Below, in pieces: positions 23,721-37,550 of a stretch of DNA of 64,000 nucleotides. Below the pieces are notes generated by a model, which worked only from the letters and a program-made list of their open reading frames with translations, had not been told where the DNA came from and searched no databases. Numbering within the stretch: the stretch's first letter is position 1; every line of letters starts with the position of its first letter. Source of the stretch: Phyllobates terribilis (Eukaryota); the NCBI RefSeq assembly GCF_046119375.1, contig NW_027362767.1:89342001-89406000 (forward strand), written 5' to 3'. Both the position numbers and the translations under genes were made by a program.

Positions 23721-25350
23721 CAGTACAGACCAAAAGTTTGGACACACCTTCTCATTTAAAGATTTTTCAGTATTTTCATGACTATGAAAATTGTACATTC
23801 ACACTGAAGGCATCAAAACTATGAATTAACACATGTGGAATTATATACTTAACAAAAAGGTGTGAAACAACTGAAAATATGTCTTATATTCCAGGTTCTT
23901 CAAAGTAGCCACCTTTTGCTTTGATGACTGCTTTTCACACTTTTGGCATTCTCTTGATGAACTTCAAGAGGTAGTCACCGGAAATGGTCTTCCAACAATC
24001 TTGAAGGAGTTCCCAGAGATGCTTAGCACTTGTTGGCCCTTTTGCCTTCACTCTGCGGTCCAGTTCACCCCAAACCATCTCGATTGGGTTCAGGTCTGGT
24101 GACTGTGGAGGCCAGGTCATCTGGCGTAGCACCCCATCACTCTCCTCCTTGGTCAAATAGCCCTTACACAGCCTGGAGGTGTGTTTGGGGTCATTGTCCT
24201 GTTGAAAAATAAATGATGGTCCAACTAAACGCAAACTGGATGGAATATCATGCCGCTGCAAGATGCTGTGGTAGCCATGCTGGTTCAGTATGCCTTCAAT
24301 TTTGAATAAATCCCCAACAGTGTCACCAGCAAAGCACCCCCACACCATCACACCTCCTCCTCCATGCTTCACGGTGGGAACCAGGCATGTAGAGTCCATC
24401 CGTTCACCTTTTCTGCGTCGCACAAAGACACGGTGGCTGGAACCAAAGATCTCAAATTTGGACTCATCAGACCAAAGCACAGATTTCCACTGGTCTAATG
24501 TCCATTCCTTGTGTTCTTTAGTCCAAACAAGTCTCTTCTGCTTGTTGCCTGTCCTTAGCAGTGGTTTCCTAGCAGCTATTTTACCATGAAGGCCTGCTGC
24601 ACAAAGTTTCCTCTTAACAGTTGTTGTAGAGATGTGTCTGTTGCTAGAACTCTGTGTGGCATTGACCTGGTCTCTAATCTGAGCTGCTGTTAACCTGCGA
24701 TTTCTGAGGCTGGTGACTCGGATAAACTTATCCTCAGAAGCAGAGGTGACTCTTGGTCTTCCTTTCCTGGGGCGGTCCTCATGTGAGCCAGTTTCTTTGT
24801 AGCGCTTGATGGATTTTGCAACTGCACTTGGAGACACTTTCAAAGTTTTCCCAATTTTTCGCACTGACTGACCTTCATTTCTTAAAGTAATGATGGCCAC
24901 TTGTTTTTCTTTACTTAGCTGCTTTTTTCTTGCCATAATACAAATTCTAACAGTCTATTCAGTAGGACTATCAGCTGTGTATCCACCAGACTTCTGCACA
25001 ACACAACTGATGGTCCCAACCCCATTTATAAGGCAAGAAATCCCACTTATTAAACCTGACAGGGCACACCTGTGAAGTGAAAACCATTTCCGGTGACTAC
25101 CTCTTGAAGCTCATGAAGAGAATGCCAAGACTGTGCAAAGCAGTCATCAAAGAAAAAGGTGGCTACTTTGAAGAACCTAGAATATAAGACATATTTTCAG
25201 TTGTTTCACACTTTTTTGTTAAGTATATAATTCCACATGTGTTAATTCATAGTTTTGATGCCTTCAGTGTGAATGTACAATTTTCATAGTCAAGAAAATA
25301 CAGAAAAATCTTTAAATGAGAAGATGTGTCCAAACTTTTGGTCTGTACTG
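23721..25350 (-). mobile_element. Full-length Tc1-like element, DD38E (Intruder/IT-type), 1630 bp
   Basis: TA TSD on both sides; TIR CAGTACAGACCAAAAGTTTGGACAC, about 270 bp (about 23721-23992 / 25079-25350). Confidence 0.96.
23935..24936 (-). CDS. DD38E Tc1-like transposase, 333 aa, premature stop about 17 codons before the natural end
   Basis: HTH N-terminus, GRPR, WSDE, QQDNDPKH, then 38 residues to E of SPDLNPIE; ends MPKV* where the other TIR copy reads MPRLCKAVIKEKGGYFEEPRI*. Confidence 0.88.
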   Translation of the reverse strand: MARKKQLSKEKQVAIITLRNEGQSVRKIGKTLKVSPSAVAKSIKRYKETGSHEDRPRKGRPRVTSASEDKFIRVTSLRNRRLTAAQIRDQVNATQSSSNRHISTTTVKRKLCAAGLHGKIAARKPLLRTGNKQKRLVWTKEHKEWTLDQWKSVLWSDESKFEIFGSSHRVFVRRRKGERMDSTCLVPTVKHGGGGVMVWGCFAGDTVGDLFKIEGILNQHGYHSILQRHDIPSSLRLVGPSFIFQQDNDPKHTSRLCKGYLTKEESDGVLRQMTWPPQSPDLNPIEMVWGELDRRVKAKGPTSAKHLWELLQDCWKTISGDYLLKFIKRMPKV

Positions 25351-26986
25351 TACATAAATTGTGTGCACGATACTGAGAACTCTCAGGTGCAAGAGAAAGC
25401 AGCCTGCTCCTCACCGGCTCTACATAAGTGTCTGTAAAGGACCGCTTCATCAGTCTTCTCTGCTGTGGACGATCAGACCGATCTAAGAGGGTGATACTGA
25501 TCTTAGGACAGCTCTGGTTTCCAAAATTAAAGAGGTTGTCGGTCTAAGAAACAAAGTGTGCAGTCACTCTACTTGACTGCAGAATGCTGAATCCTTACAG
25601 TATGTGTTGTGCACACTGTCCCAATTTTCCTATGTGCCCCCTGCTAGTGGGCAATAATGTGCCACCTAGATTCTCCTCTGCTTCTCTATATTCTCTTCTA
25701 TTGAGAAAAGCTGAGTGGGTCTAGTCGGCCCCCTGACCACAAGTCCCTGTCTCTTGTGGGGGCCTTTAGACAAAAGCCCACCAGATAGGGGTGTGGTATT
25801 GGTGAGAAATACTTCTGTGCACTGCTGTATTTTTTTTGCATGGCGTTGATTTTACCCATGAGACTCGCTAGGACCCTATAGTGTGCGGGTGGGTATAGTG
25901 TACGGGCGGGTATAGTGTGTGGGCGGGTATAGTGGGCGGACCAGTAACATGGATGTGGAGTTTCCAGATCTGGTGTGGAGTTTGCACTTATTGATGTATT
26001 GTAGGATTACTTATTTCACTTAAAGTGTCCGTGTACTCTTAGAAAACTTTTGAGGTGTCATAGAGACATGTCATGAATTTTGATCAGTAGGATCCTGGTG
26101 CTTTGGCCCCCATTGAATGCTAAAGCAGAGAGGCAGAAGGTCTCACCTGAGCACTGCTCTCCCCCAAGACGTAGGACCGACGTAATAGACTTTCCATTGA
26201 GCCGTTCTGCTTTTTGATTTTAGCAATCGGTGGTGTTCTTGGCACCCGGACCCCCAGTGATCAACACTTTTGAACATAACTAAAGTTTTCTAACCCATTT
26301 TTCTAAATCCCTGGTACATGTACAGTGGATATAGGGCGTGCATGGGCACATGCTTGTGTTATACAGCCGACACTTGCCTCTAATTGCTGCAATCAGAGTT
26401 TTGCCACTTAGATGTTTAACCCTTTCCCGACATCTGCTATATATGTACGGCACAGCAAGCAAAGTGCTGTACATTTGTGCTGCAGGGATGGAGCCATCTC
26501 AAGAGGTGTATTTTATAGCCGGCACTCTGCTGCAGTGGCTACAGTATGATGGGTTATAGCTCTGATTACACCCACTTTCCCCAAAAAATGGTTGCGTCAC
26601 TACTTTGACAAACCCATGATCCGTTCGAAGGTTGCCATGAAAACCTGAAGTCAACCAAAGGCCATTTTCGCTATAATACATAAGTATGGCAGTGCATTAC
26701 ACCAACAATCAGACCATTGAAAGTTCAAGTTCTGTATAAATCTGGCTTCACTATAATAGTATAGATAAAAACTTCAACTTATCCTGAAAAAAACAAGTCT
26801 TTACTCATCTAACAATGGAAAAACAGAAGTTTCGAAAGTTAAATGGCGCTCCTTGTCTTCTCAGCCCTGCCGTGTACCCAAAAGTGCGGGTATTGCTGCA
26901 CTTGGGAGAAAGAGCAGAATAAATTATGGGTTGCTACTTTGATATTAGTCATCTTGAAGGTGAAACATTTTGATGTAAATCTACAA

Positions 26987-27251
26987 TTTATTTATTTATT
27001 TTACTCACTTATATAGTGCCATTAATTCCACAGCGCTTTACAGACATTATGGACACTGTCCCCATTGGGGCTCACAATCTAGATTCCCTATCAGTATGTC
27101 TTTAGACTGTGGGAGGAAACCGGAGAACCCGGAGGAAACCCACTCAAACACGGGGAGAACATACAAACTTCTTGCAGATATTGTCCTTGGTGGGAACCCA
27201 GGACCACAATGCTGCAAGGCTGTAGTACTAACCACTGAGCCACCGTGCTGC
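26987..27251 (-). mobile_element. V-SINE (tRNA-derived head, V domain, TAAA-rich tail)
   Basis: Minus strand GCAGCACGGTGGCTCAGTGGTTAG...TCCCCGTGTTTGAGTGGGTTTCCTCCGGGTTCTCCGGTTTCCTCCCACA...AAATAAATAAA. Confidence 0.88.
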
Positions 27252-27892
27252 ACTACATCTACAATGTAATTTTTCATTTTTACACATCCCAATGGTAAAG
27301 AAATTGGTGAAACACCTGTGGGGTAAGAATGCTCATTACACTCCTACATGAATTCTAGGGCTGACAGCGGCATTAAAATAGCACGATTGCCAGTGGCCAA
27401 GTGCATCAGCAACCTGCGACACTATCATAAGGGACCGATAGCTTGTCATGCTTCAGCTGTATTGATATCAGAAACCATCTGATTTGGAGTACAGATGATG
27501 GCAGTGATGGGTCTGCACCGGACTCCACCTCTGAGTGATTTGCTTGTCTCCTGCAGCAGCTTATCCCCAGAGTTAGATCAGGGTCAAACGAGATTAAGAA
27601 AAATCATCTGCTTTTATCCAAAAAAAACGCAAGCTCATCTGAGCAAGACCTTAGTGAGACACAGGTGCTGACCCATCACTGCCATCATTTGTACTCCAAA
27701 TGAGTACGCTCTGTTATCATTGCAGCTGAAGGCAGACAAATAGACTGAGAAAATGCAGTGGTTTTATAGCCACTTACATGATTTTTTTAAAGGAATGAAG
27801 ACAATTCCACTAATTAAGTAATTGCAAAGTTTCATAAATTTTCTTATTGGAGAAAATGATTATACGTAAGTAAAAGTTTTGTTACTCTTTAA

Positions 27893-28797
27893 CTACTTGC
27901 TGACCACCCATACAATATAATTGTCCAGGCTGTCCATATTCTACTTTTCAGTGAAGTCCTAAAATGTCACTATAGCAGAACATACAATTACGTGAGCAGG
28001 GAGTCGGCTGTCAGACACAGTCGGACTCCCCATAGAGAAGGCAGAGAGGGGTTTATTACTGTCTCTGCCTTCCCGATCGCCATATATAGAGCGCTGAATA
28101 AGCTTTGTGTATACAGCATACGAAGCGCTGACAACACTTTCTCCTCCGGACCCGGCTGTCATGTAATCGCTGAGTGTGGGGAGAGCAGGAATTGTTGTTG
28201 GGTTTTAGGAGACCTAGTCAGCTCTGCTATGCAGGCAGGATGCTGAATTTCCCTTGTAACTGGGGCTAATATACCAGCCCTGGTCAGTTACAGAGGAAAT
28301 CTATTATAAAAAAATTAGTAAAGTGTTGATATGCCATCACAGGTCTTTTATGACCATATGGGCAGTACAATGTGTGAAATAAATGAAAAATAAATATATA
28401 AAAAGAAAGCCGGAAAAAATAATTAAAAAAAAAAGCTGCCACAGCACTGCCTCCATAAAGAAAAAAAAGTGTCCAATATATAAAACTAATTGTTAAAGAA
28501 CGGGGAACAACATACAACTACAATATTTCAGTGGTCACAAAAAGATATGTGAAAAACAGATGTGTATTTCCTTAATTTTCCCACTGATATTGGGGGGAAA
28601 AAATAATAAAAGATAGTATGAAAGTTGCATAAAAGTGAGGCGCCACGTATCACGAAAAAAAAAAGATGCAAAAATTATTTGGATATCTGAACGTAAAAAA
28701 GAAAATTAAAGCTGTTTTTAAACCGCATTTATGAATTTTTTTTTTTTATAAATTTGCCTGATCAGGAACGGGGCTAAATGGCCAGGTCTTTAACTGG
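27893..28797. mobile_element. Possible degenerate piggyBac-like non-autonomous element
   Basis: TTAA on both sides; weak TIR CTACTTGCTGACC versus CCAGTTAAAGACC. Confidence 0.35.
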
Positions 28798-29182
28798 TTA
28801 ATGACGATATAACCATCTGAAAGATTTCTGTTGCTGCTTAAGATGGTGCGACCAATATAAGGCCCCTGTTACCATACTCATTAGGTAAAGCTGTCTGCAC
28901 CCACCGGAAGAGGAGAATACATTGGGGTAAATTCCTTGGCTGCTGCTTCTTGTGTCCATACCTAGGTGTATCCAATATAGCGGTGAGCAGCCATCTATTA
29001 CAGACCCTGTATGGCTGATTACTGTAAGGACGCTTCTCTACAAAGCCCCTTTGGTCCGCAGTGTAATTCATTCTAGTTGGATGCATATTGATTTTTGCAC
29101 AGTTAATCACTGGCGTTGCCCCTTTTCTCGGGTGCTCGCAGTTCGGATGATCTTTTAATTGTTTTCTCTAATCTACTTGCAG

Positions 29183-29366
29183 GTCCTGCATGACTGTGTA
29201 TATGGCTCTCAGCATTTCAGCAATCCGCGGTACTTTCCCTTGAGCCTCTCAGATCTGGCATCTGAAGACTATGATCCCTTTTTGCAGCTGGAGTGCCTGA
29301 AGGAACCAGAACCGCTCCATTCCCCGGATTCCGAGCGTTCCACCAAACTACAGCCTGTCACCGAGG
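29183..29366 (+). CDS. ralgapa1: RalGAP alpha-1 internal exon (last canonical exon found in window)
   Basis: ttgcag|...GAG G|gtaggt; 184 nt, [61 protein letters not shown] plus G (phase 1). The ten exons total 1177 nt = 392 codons + 1 nt with no stop. Confidence 0.96.
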
Positions 29367-30329
29367 GTAGGTACTGATGAAAAATACATTGTGTACCACC
29401 AATACACTTCCACACAAGTACATTCATTTTAAAGAGAATCTATGAGTAGATTTTGGCTATATAATCTCAGAGCAGCATGAAGTAGAGGCCGAGACCCTGA
29501 TTCCAGTGATGTATCACTTACTGGGCTGCTTGCTGTCATTTTGATACAATCACCGTTTTCTCTGCTGCAGATCTAGCAGTGCTCGGATTACTGAACCCTG
29601 TATAGCTCCACCCACATTTCTGATTGGCTGCTTTCTATGTACACTGTATATTGACAAAAAGCTGCCGATCAGTGGTGAAGACTTGGTGGGACCAGGAGGC
29701 ACGAGGCACCTAGTCCTGTAGTGATAATCTCTAAAAGACTGATTATATTGAAATCACAAACCAGTAAGTGACATATCATTGGAATCAGGGTCTCAGCCCC
29801 TACATTATGCTGCTCCCAGATTACACAGCAAAACCTCCTTTCCGTTGCCTTTCCTGCGTGTGTTTTAATATTTTTGACTTTGCTGCCATTTATTTGTTAT
29901 AGATAGATAGATACAGTAATGTGACACCATGAAAATGCATGCAAAAATAACCCTTTAAACCAGGGGTCTCAAACTCGGCTGGGTATATGGGCCGCACATG
30001 GAAAAAATTTGAATTTGGGGGGCCGCATTCTTTGTTCAATGTGACATTTTTAGTGATACCAATTTTTTTGTATACACCTTTTGAACATTTTTGCCGTGTT
30101 TATTTTTTTATGGCTTGGGTCGTTATGGATGTGGCGATAATAAACGTGCACTTTTTTGTGTTTACTTTAGTTTACATATAAAACAGCATTTTTAGTGCCC
30201 AATATTTTTTCATGCTTTATTTTATTTTTTATTTTTTTTACAATTGTATTTCCCCCAATTGGCCACATACAGTAATATTGTCTTACAATTAGCATCATAT
30301 AGTAATAATGGAAAACATCTTGTAGTAAT

Positions 30330-33300
30330 GTTCCCCATCCAAGTCCCCATCTTGTACTAATGTGCCCCATCCAGGTCCCCATCCTGTGGCTATGTGCCCC
30401 ATCCAGGTCCCCATCCTGTAGCAACATTCCCCATCCTGGCGCCCATCTTGTACTAATGTGCCTCATCCAGGTCCCCATCTTGGGGCAATGTTCCCCATCC
30501 AGGTCCCCATCTTGTGGCTCTGTGCCCCATCCAGGTCCCCATCTTGTGGCTCTGTGCCCCATCCAGGTCCCCATCGTGTGGCTCTGTGCCCCATCCAGGT
30601 CCCCATCTTGTGGCTCTGTGCCCCATCCAGGTCCCCATCTTGTGGCTATGTGCCCCATCCAGGTCCACATCTTGAGGCTCTGTGCCCCATCCAGGTCCAC
30701 ATCTTGAGGCTCTGTGCCCCATCCAGGTCCCCATCCTGTGGCTATGTGCCCCATCCAGGTCCCCATCTTGTGGCTATGTGCCCCATCCAGGTCCCCATCT
30801 TGTGGCTATGTGCCCCATCCAGGTCCCCTCTTGTGGCTATGTGCCCCATCCAGGTCCCCATCTTGTGGCTATGTGCCCCATCCAGGTCCCCATCTTGTGG
30901 CTATGTGCCCCATCCAGGTCCCCTCTTGTGGCTATGTGCCCCATCCAGGTCCCCATCCTGTGGCTATGTGCCCCATCCAGGTCCCCATTTTGTGGCTATG
31001 TGCCCCATCCAGGTCCACATCTTGAGGCTCTGTGCCCCATCCAGGTCCACATCTTGAGGCTCTGTGCCCCATCCAGGTCCACATCTTGAGGCTATGTGCC
31101 CCATCCAGGTCCCCATCTTGTGGCTATGTGCCCCATCCAGGTCCCCATCTTGTGGCTATGTGCCCCATCTTGTGGCTATGTGCCCCATCCAGGTCCCCAT
31201 CTTGTGGCTCTGTGCCCCATCCAGGTCCACATCTTGTGGCTATGTGCCCCATCCAGGTCCCCATCTTGTGGCTATGTGCCCCATCCAGGTCCCCATCTTG
31301 TGGCTATGTGCCCCATCCAGGTCCACATCTTGAGGCTATGTGCCCCATCCAGGTCCCCATCTTGTGGCTATGTGCCCCATCCAGGTCCCCATCCTGTGGC
31401 TATGTGCCCCATCCAGGTCCCCATTTTGTGGCTATGTGCCCCATCCAGGTCCCCATGTTGTGGCTCTGTGCCCCATCCAGGTCCCCATGTTGTGGCTCTG
31501 TGCCCCATCCAGGTCCACATCTTGAGGCTATGTGCCCCATCCAGGTCCCCATCTTGTGGCTATGTGCCCCATCCAGGTCCACATCTTGTGGCTATGTGCC
31601 CCATCCAGGTCCCCATCCTGTGGCTATGTGCCCCATCCAGGTCCCCATGTTGTGGCTATGTGCCCCATCCAGGTCCCCATGTTGTGGCTCTGTGCCCCAT
31701 CCAGGTCCCCATCTTGTGGCTATGTGCCCCATCCAGGTCCACATCTTGAGGCTATGTGCCCCATCCAGGTCCCCATCTTGTGGCTATGTGCCCCATCCAG
31801 GTCCACATCTTGTGGCTATGTGCCCCATCCAGGTCCCCATCTTGTGGCTATGTGCCCCATCCAGGTCCCCATCTTGTGGCTATGTGCCCCATCCAGGTCC
31901 ACATCTTGTGGCTATGTGCCCCATCCAGGTCCACATCTTGTGGCTATGTGCCCCATCCAGGTCCCCATCCTGTGGCTATGTGCCCCATCCAGGTCCCCAT
32001 GTTGTGGCTCTGTGCCCCATCCAGGTCCCCATGTTGTGGCTCTGTGCCCCATCCAGGTCCCCATGTTGTGGCTCTGTGCCCCATCCAGGTCCCCATCTTG
32101 TGGCTATGTGCCCCATCCAGGTCCCCATCTTGTGGCTATGTGCCCCATCCAGGTCCCCTCTTGTGGCTATGTGCCCCATCCAGGTCCCCATCTTGTGGCT
32201 ATGTGCCCCATCCAGGTCCCCATCTTGTGGCTATGTGCCCCATCCAGGTCCCCTCTTGTGGCTATGTGCCCCATCCAGGTCCCCATTTTGTGGCTATGTG
32301 CCCCATCCAGGTCCCCATTTTGTGGCTATGTGCCCCATCCAGGTCCCCATTTTGTGGCTATGTGCCCCATCCAGGTCCACATCTTGAGGCTCTGTGCCCC
32401 ATCCAGGTCCACATCTTGAGGCTATGTGCCCCATCCAGGTCCCCATCTTGTGGCTATGTGCCCCATCCAAGTCCCCATCTTGTGGCTATGTGCCCCATCT
32501 TGTGGCTATGTGCCCCATCCAGGTCCCCATCTTATGGCTCTGTGCCCCATCCAGGTCCACATCTTGTGGCTATGTGCCCCATCCAGGTCCCCATCTTGTG
32601 GCTATGTGCCCCATCCAGGTCCCCATCTTGTGGCTGTGTGCCCCATCCAGGTCCCCATCTTGAGGCTATGTGCCCCATCCAGGTCCCCATCTTGTGGCTA
32701 TGTGCCCCATCCAGGTCCCCATCCTGTGGCTATGTGCCCCATCCAGGTCCCCATTTTGTGGCTATGTGCCCCATCCAGGTCCCCATGTTGTGGCTCTGTG
32801 CCCCATCCAGGTCCACATCTTGAGGCTCTGTGCCCCATCCAGGTCCACATCTTGAGGCTATGTGCCCCATCCAGGTCCCCATCTTGTGGCTATGTGCCCC
32901 ATCCAGGTCCACATCTTGTGGCTATGTGCCCCATCCAGGTCCCCATCCTGTGGCTATGTGCCCCATCCAGGTCCCCATGTTGTGGCTCTGTGCCCCATCC
33001 AGGTCCCCATCTTGTGGCTATGTGCCCCATCCAGGTCCACATCTTGAGGCTATGTGCCCCATCCAGGTCCCCATCTTGTGGCTATGTGCCCCATCCAGGT
33101 CCACATCTTGTGGCTATGTGCCCCATCCAGGTCCCCATCTTGTGGCTATGTGCCCCATCCAGGTCCCCATCTTGTGGCTATGTGCCCCATCCAGGTCCAC
33201 ATCTTGTGGCTATGTGCCCCATCCAGGTCCACATCTTGTGGCTATGTGCCCCATCCAGGTCCCCATGTTGTGGCTATGTGCCCCATCCAGGTCCCCATGT

Positions 33301-36300
33301 TGTGGCTCTGTGCCCCATCCAGGTCCCCATCTTGTGGCTATGTGCCCCATCCAGGTCCACATCTTGAGGCTATGTGCCCCATCCAGGTCCCCATCTTGTG
33401 GCTATGTGCCCCATCCAGGTCCACATCTTGTGGCTATGTGCCCCATCCAGGTCCCCATCTTGTGGCTATGTGCCCCATCCAGGTCCCATCTTGTGGCTAT
33501 GTGCCCCATCCAGGTCCCATCTTGTGGCTATGTGCCCCATCCAGGTCCCCATCTTGTGGCTATGTGCCCCATCCAGGTCCCCATCTTGTGGCTATGTGCC
33601 CCATCCAGGTCCCCATCTTGTGGCTATGTGCCCCATCCAGGTCCCCATTTTGTGGCTATGTGCCCCATCCAGGTCCCCATGTTGTGGCTCTGTGCCCCAT
33701 CCAGGTCCACATCTTGTGGCTATGTGCCCCATCCAGGTCCCCTCTTGTGGCTATGTGCCCCATCCAGGTCCCCATCCTGTGGCTATGTGCCCCATCCAGG
33801 TCCCCATTTTGTGGCTATGTGCCCCATCCAGGTCCCCATGTTGTGGCTCTGTGCCCCATCCAGGTCCACATCTTGAGGCTCTGTGCCCCATCCAGGTCCA
33901 CATCTTGAGGCTATGTGCCCCATCCAGGTCCCCATCTTGTGGCTATGTGCCCCATCCAGGTCCCCATCTTGTGGCTATGTGCCCCATCTTGTGGCTATGT
34001 GCCCCATCCAGGTCCCCATCTTGTGGCTCTGTGCCCCATCCAGGTCCACATCTTGTGGCTATGTGCCCCATCCAGGTCCCCATCTTGTGGCTATGTGCCC
34101 CATCCAGGTCCACATCTTGAGGCTATGTGCCCCATCCAGGTCCCCATCTTGTGGCTATGTGCCCCATCCAGGTCCCCATCCTGTGGCTATGTGCCCCATC
34201 CAGGTCCCCATTTTGTGGCTATGTGCCCCATCCAGGTCCCCATGTTGTGGCTCTGTGCCCCATCCAGGTCCCCATGTTGTGGCTCTGTGCCCCATCCAGG
34301 TCCACATCTTGAGGCTCTGTGCCCCATCCAGGTCCACATCTTGAGGCTATGTGCCCCATCCAGGTCCCCATCTTGTGGCTATGTGCCCCATCCAGGTCCA
34401 CATCTTGTGGCTATGTGCCCCATCCAGGTCCCCATCCTGTGGCTATGTGCCCCATCCAGGTCCCCATTTTGTGGCTATGTGCCCCATCCAGGTCCCCATG
34501 TTGTGGCTCTGTGCCCCATCCAGGTCCCCATCTTGTGGCTATGTGCCCCATCCAGGTCCCCTCTTGTGGCAATGTGCCCCATCCAGGTCCCCATCTTGTG
34601 GCTATGTGCCCCATCCAGGTCCCCTCTTGTGGCTATGTGCCCCATCCAGGTCCCCATCTTGTGGCTATGTGCCCCATCCAGGTCCCCATCTTGTGGCTAT
34701 GTGCCCCATCCAGGTCCACATCTTGAGGCTATGTGCCCCATCCAGGTCCCCATCTTGTGGCTATGTGCCCCATCCAGGTCCACATCTTGTGGCTATGTGC
34801 CCCATCCAGGTCCCCATCTTGTGGCTATGTGCCCCATCCAGGTCCCCATCTTGTGGCTATGTGCCCCATCCAGGTCCCCTCTTGTGGCTATGTGCCCCAT
34901 CCAGGTCCCCTCTTGTGGCTATGTGCCCCATCCAGGTCCCCATCTTGTGGCTATGTGCCCCATCCAGGTCCCCATCTTGTGGCTATGTGCCCCATCCAGG
35001 TCCCCATCTTGTGGCTATGTGCCCCATCCCGGTCCCCATCTTGTGGCTATGTGCCCCATCCAGGTCCCCTCTTGTGGCTATGTGCCCCATCCAGGTCCCC
35101 TCTTGTGGCTATGTGCCCCATCCAGGTCCCCTCTTGTGGCTATGTGCCCCATCCAGGTCCCCTCTTGTGGCTATGTGCCCCATCCAGGTCCCCTCTTGTG
35201 GCTATGTGCCCCATCCAGGTCCCCTCTTGTGGCTCTGTGCCCCATCCAGGTCCCCTCTTGTGGCTATGTGCCCCATCCAGGTCCCCATCTTGTGGCTATG
35301 TGCCCCATCCAGGTCCCCATCTTGTGGCTATGTGCCCCATCCAGGTCCCCTCTTGTGGCTATGTGCCCCATCCAGGTCCCCATCTTGTGGCTATGTGCCC
35401 CATCCAGGTCCCCATCTTGTGGCTATGTGCCCCATCCAGGTCCCCATCTTGTGGCTATGTGCCCCATCCAGGTCCCCTCTTGTGGCTATGTGCCCCATCC
35501 AGGTCCCCTCTTGTGGCTATGTGCCCCATCCAGGTCCCCTCTTGTGGCTATGTGCCCCATCCAGGTCCCCTCTTGTGGCTATGTGCCCCATCCAGGTCCC
35601 CTCTTGTGGCTATGTGCCCCATCCAGGTCCCCTCTTGTGGCTATGTGCCCCATCCAGGTCCCCATCCTGTGGCTATGTGCCCCATCCAGGTCCCCTCTTG
35701 TGGCTATGTGCCCCATCCAGGTCCCCTCTTGTGGCTATGTGCCCCATCCAGGTCCCCTCTTGTGGCTATGTGCCCCATCCAGGTCCCCTCTTGTGGCTAT
35801 GTGCCCCATCCAGGTCCCCTCTTGTGGCTATGTGCCCCATCCAGGTCCCCTCTTGTGGCTATGTGCCCCATCCAGGTCCCCATCCTGTGGCTATGTGCCC
35901 CATCCAGGTCCCCTCTTGTGGCTATGTGCCCCATCCAGGTCCCCATCTTGTGGCTATGTGCCCCATCCAGGTCCCCATCCTGTGGCTATGTGCCCCATCC
36001 AGGTCCCCATCTTGTGGCTATGTGCCCCATCCAGGTCCCCTCTTGTGGCTATGTGCCCCATCCAGGTCCCCATCCTGTGGCTATGTGCCCCATCCAGGTC
36101 CCCTCTTGTGGCTATGTGCCCCATCCAGGTCCCCATCTTGTGGCTATGTGCCCCATCCAGGTCCCCTCTTGTGGCTCTGTGCCCCATCCAGGTCCCCTCT
36201 TGTGGCTATGTGCCCCATCCAGGTCCCCTCTTGTGGCTATGTGCCCCATCCAGGTCCCCTCTTGTGGCTATGTGCCCCATCCAGGTCCCCATCTTGTGGC

Positions 36301-37445
36301 TATGTGCCCCATCCAGGTCCCCTCTTGTGGCTATGTGCCCCATCCAGGTCCCCATCTTGTGGCTATGTGCCCCATCCAGGTCCCCATCTTGTGGCTATGT
36401 GCCCCATCCAGGTCCCCATCTTGTGGCTATGTGCCCCATCCAGGTCCCCATCTTGTGGCTATGTGCCCCATCCCGGTCCCCATCTTGTGGCTATGTGCCC
36501 CATCCAGGTCCCCTCTTGTGGCTATGTGCCCCATCCAGGTCCCCTCTTGTGGCTATGTGCCCCATCCAGGTCCCCTCTTGTGGCTATGTGCCCCATCCAG
36601 GTCCCCTCTTGTGGCTATGTGCCCCATCCAGGTCCCCTCTTGTGGCTATGTGCCCCATCCAGGTCCCCTCTTGTGGCTATGTGCCCCATCCAGGTCCCCT
36701 CTTGTGGCTATGTGCCCCATCCAGGTCCCCTCTTGTGGCTATGTGCCCCATCCAGGTCCCCTCTTGTGGCTATGTGCCCCATCCAGGTCCCCATCCTGTG
36801 GCTATGTGCCCCATCCAGGTCCCCTCTTGTGGCTATGTGCCCCATCCAGGTCCCCTCTTGTGGCTATGTGCCCCATCCAGGTCCCCTCTTGTGGCTATGT
36901 GCCCCATCCAGGTCCCCTCTTGTGGCTATGTGCCCCATCCAGGTCCCCTCTTGTGGCTATGTGCCCCATCCAGGTCCCCATCCTGTGGCTATGTGCCCCA
37001 TCCAGGTCCCCATCCTGTGGCTATGTGCCCCATCCAGGTCCCCTCTTGTGGCTATGTGCCCCATCCAGGTCCCCATCTTGTGGCTATGTGCCCCATCCAG
37101 GTCCCCATCCTGTGGCTATGTGCCCCATCCAGGTCCCCATCTTGTGGCTATGTGCCCCATCCAGGTCCCCATCCTGTGGCTATGTGCCCCATCCAGGTCC
37201 CCATCTTGTGGCTATGTGCCCCATCCAGGTCCCCATCTTGTGGCTATGTGCCCCATCCAGGTCCCCATCCTGTGGCTATGTGCCCCATCCAGGTCCCCAT
37301 CTTGTGGCTATGTGCCCCATCCAGGTCCCCATCCTGTGGCTATGTGCCCCATCCAGGTCCCCTCTTGTGGCTATGTGCCCCATCCAGGTCCCCATCCTGT
37401 GGCTATGTGCCCCATCCAGGTCCCCTCTTGTGGCTATGTGCCCCC
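30330..37445. repeat. 31/32-bp minisatellite, about 7.1 kb
   Basis: CCCCATCCAGGTCCCCATCTTGTGGCTATGTG (32 bp) and CCCCATCCAGGTCCCCTCTTGTGGCTATGTG (31 bp); rare 20-bp units. Confidence 0.99.
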
Positions 37446-37550
37446 TGTTCTTCACACACATAAAATAGAAAAAAAAAAGATGATTCTCACCTGTCTTCCG
37501 TTCCCTCGGCGGCCTTCCTGCAGATGTGGCCCGCAGGCACCACAGAGTCC

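Noticed and set aside
27180-27251. tRNA-like A/B box sequence on the minus strand
   Set aside because: It is the head of a V-SINE; no complete cloverleaf.
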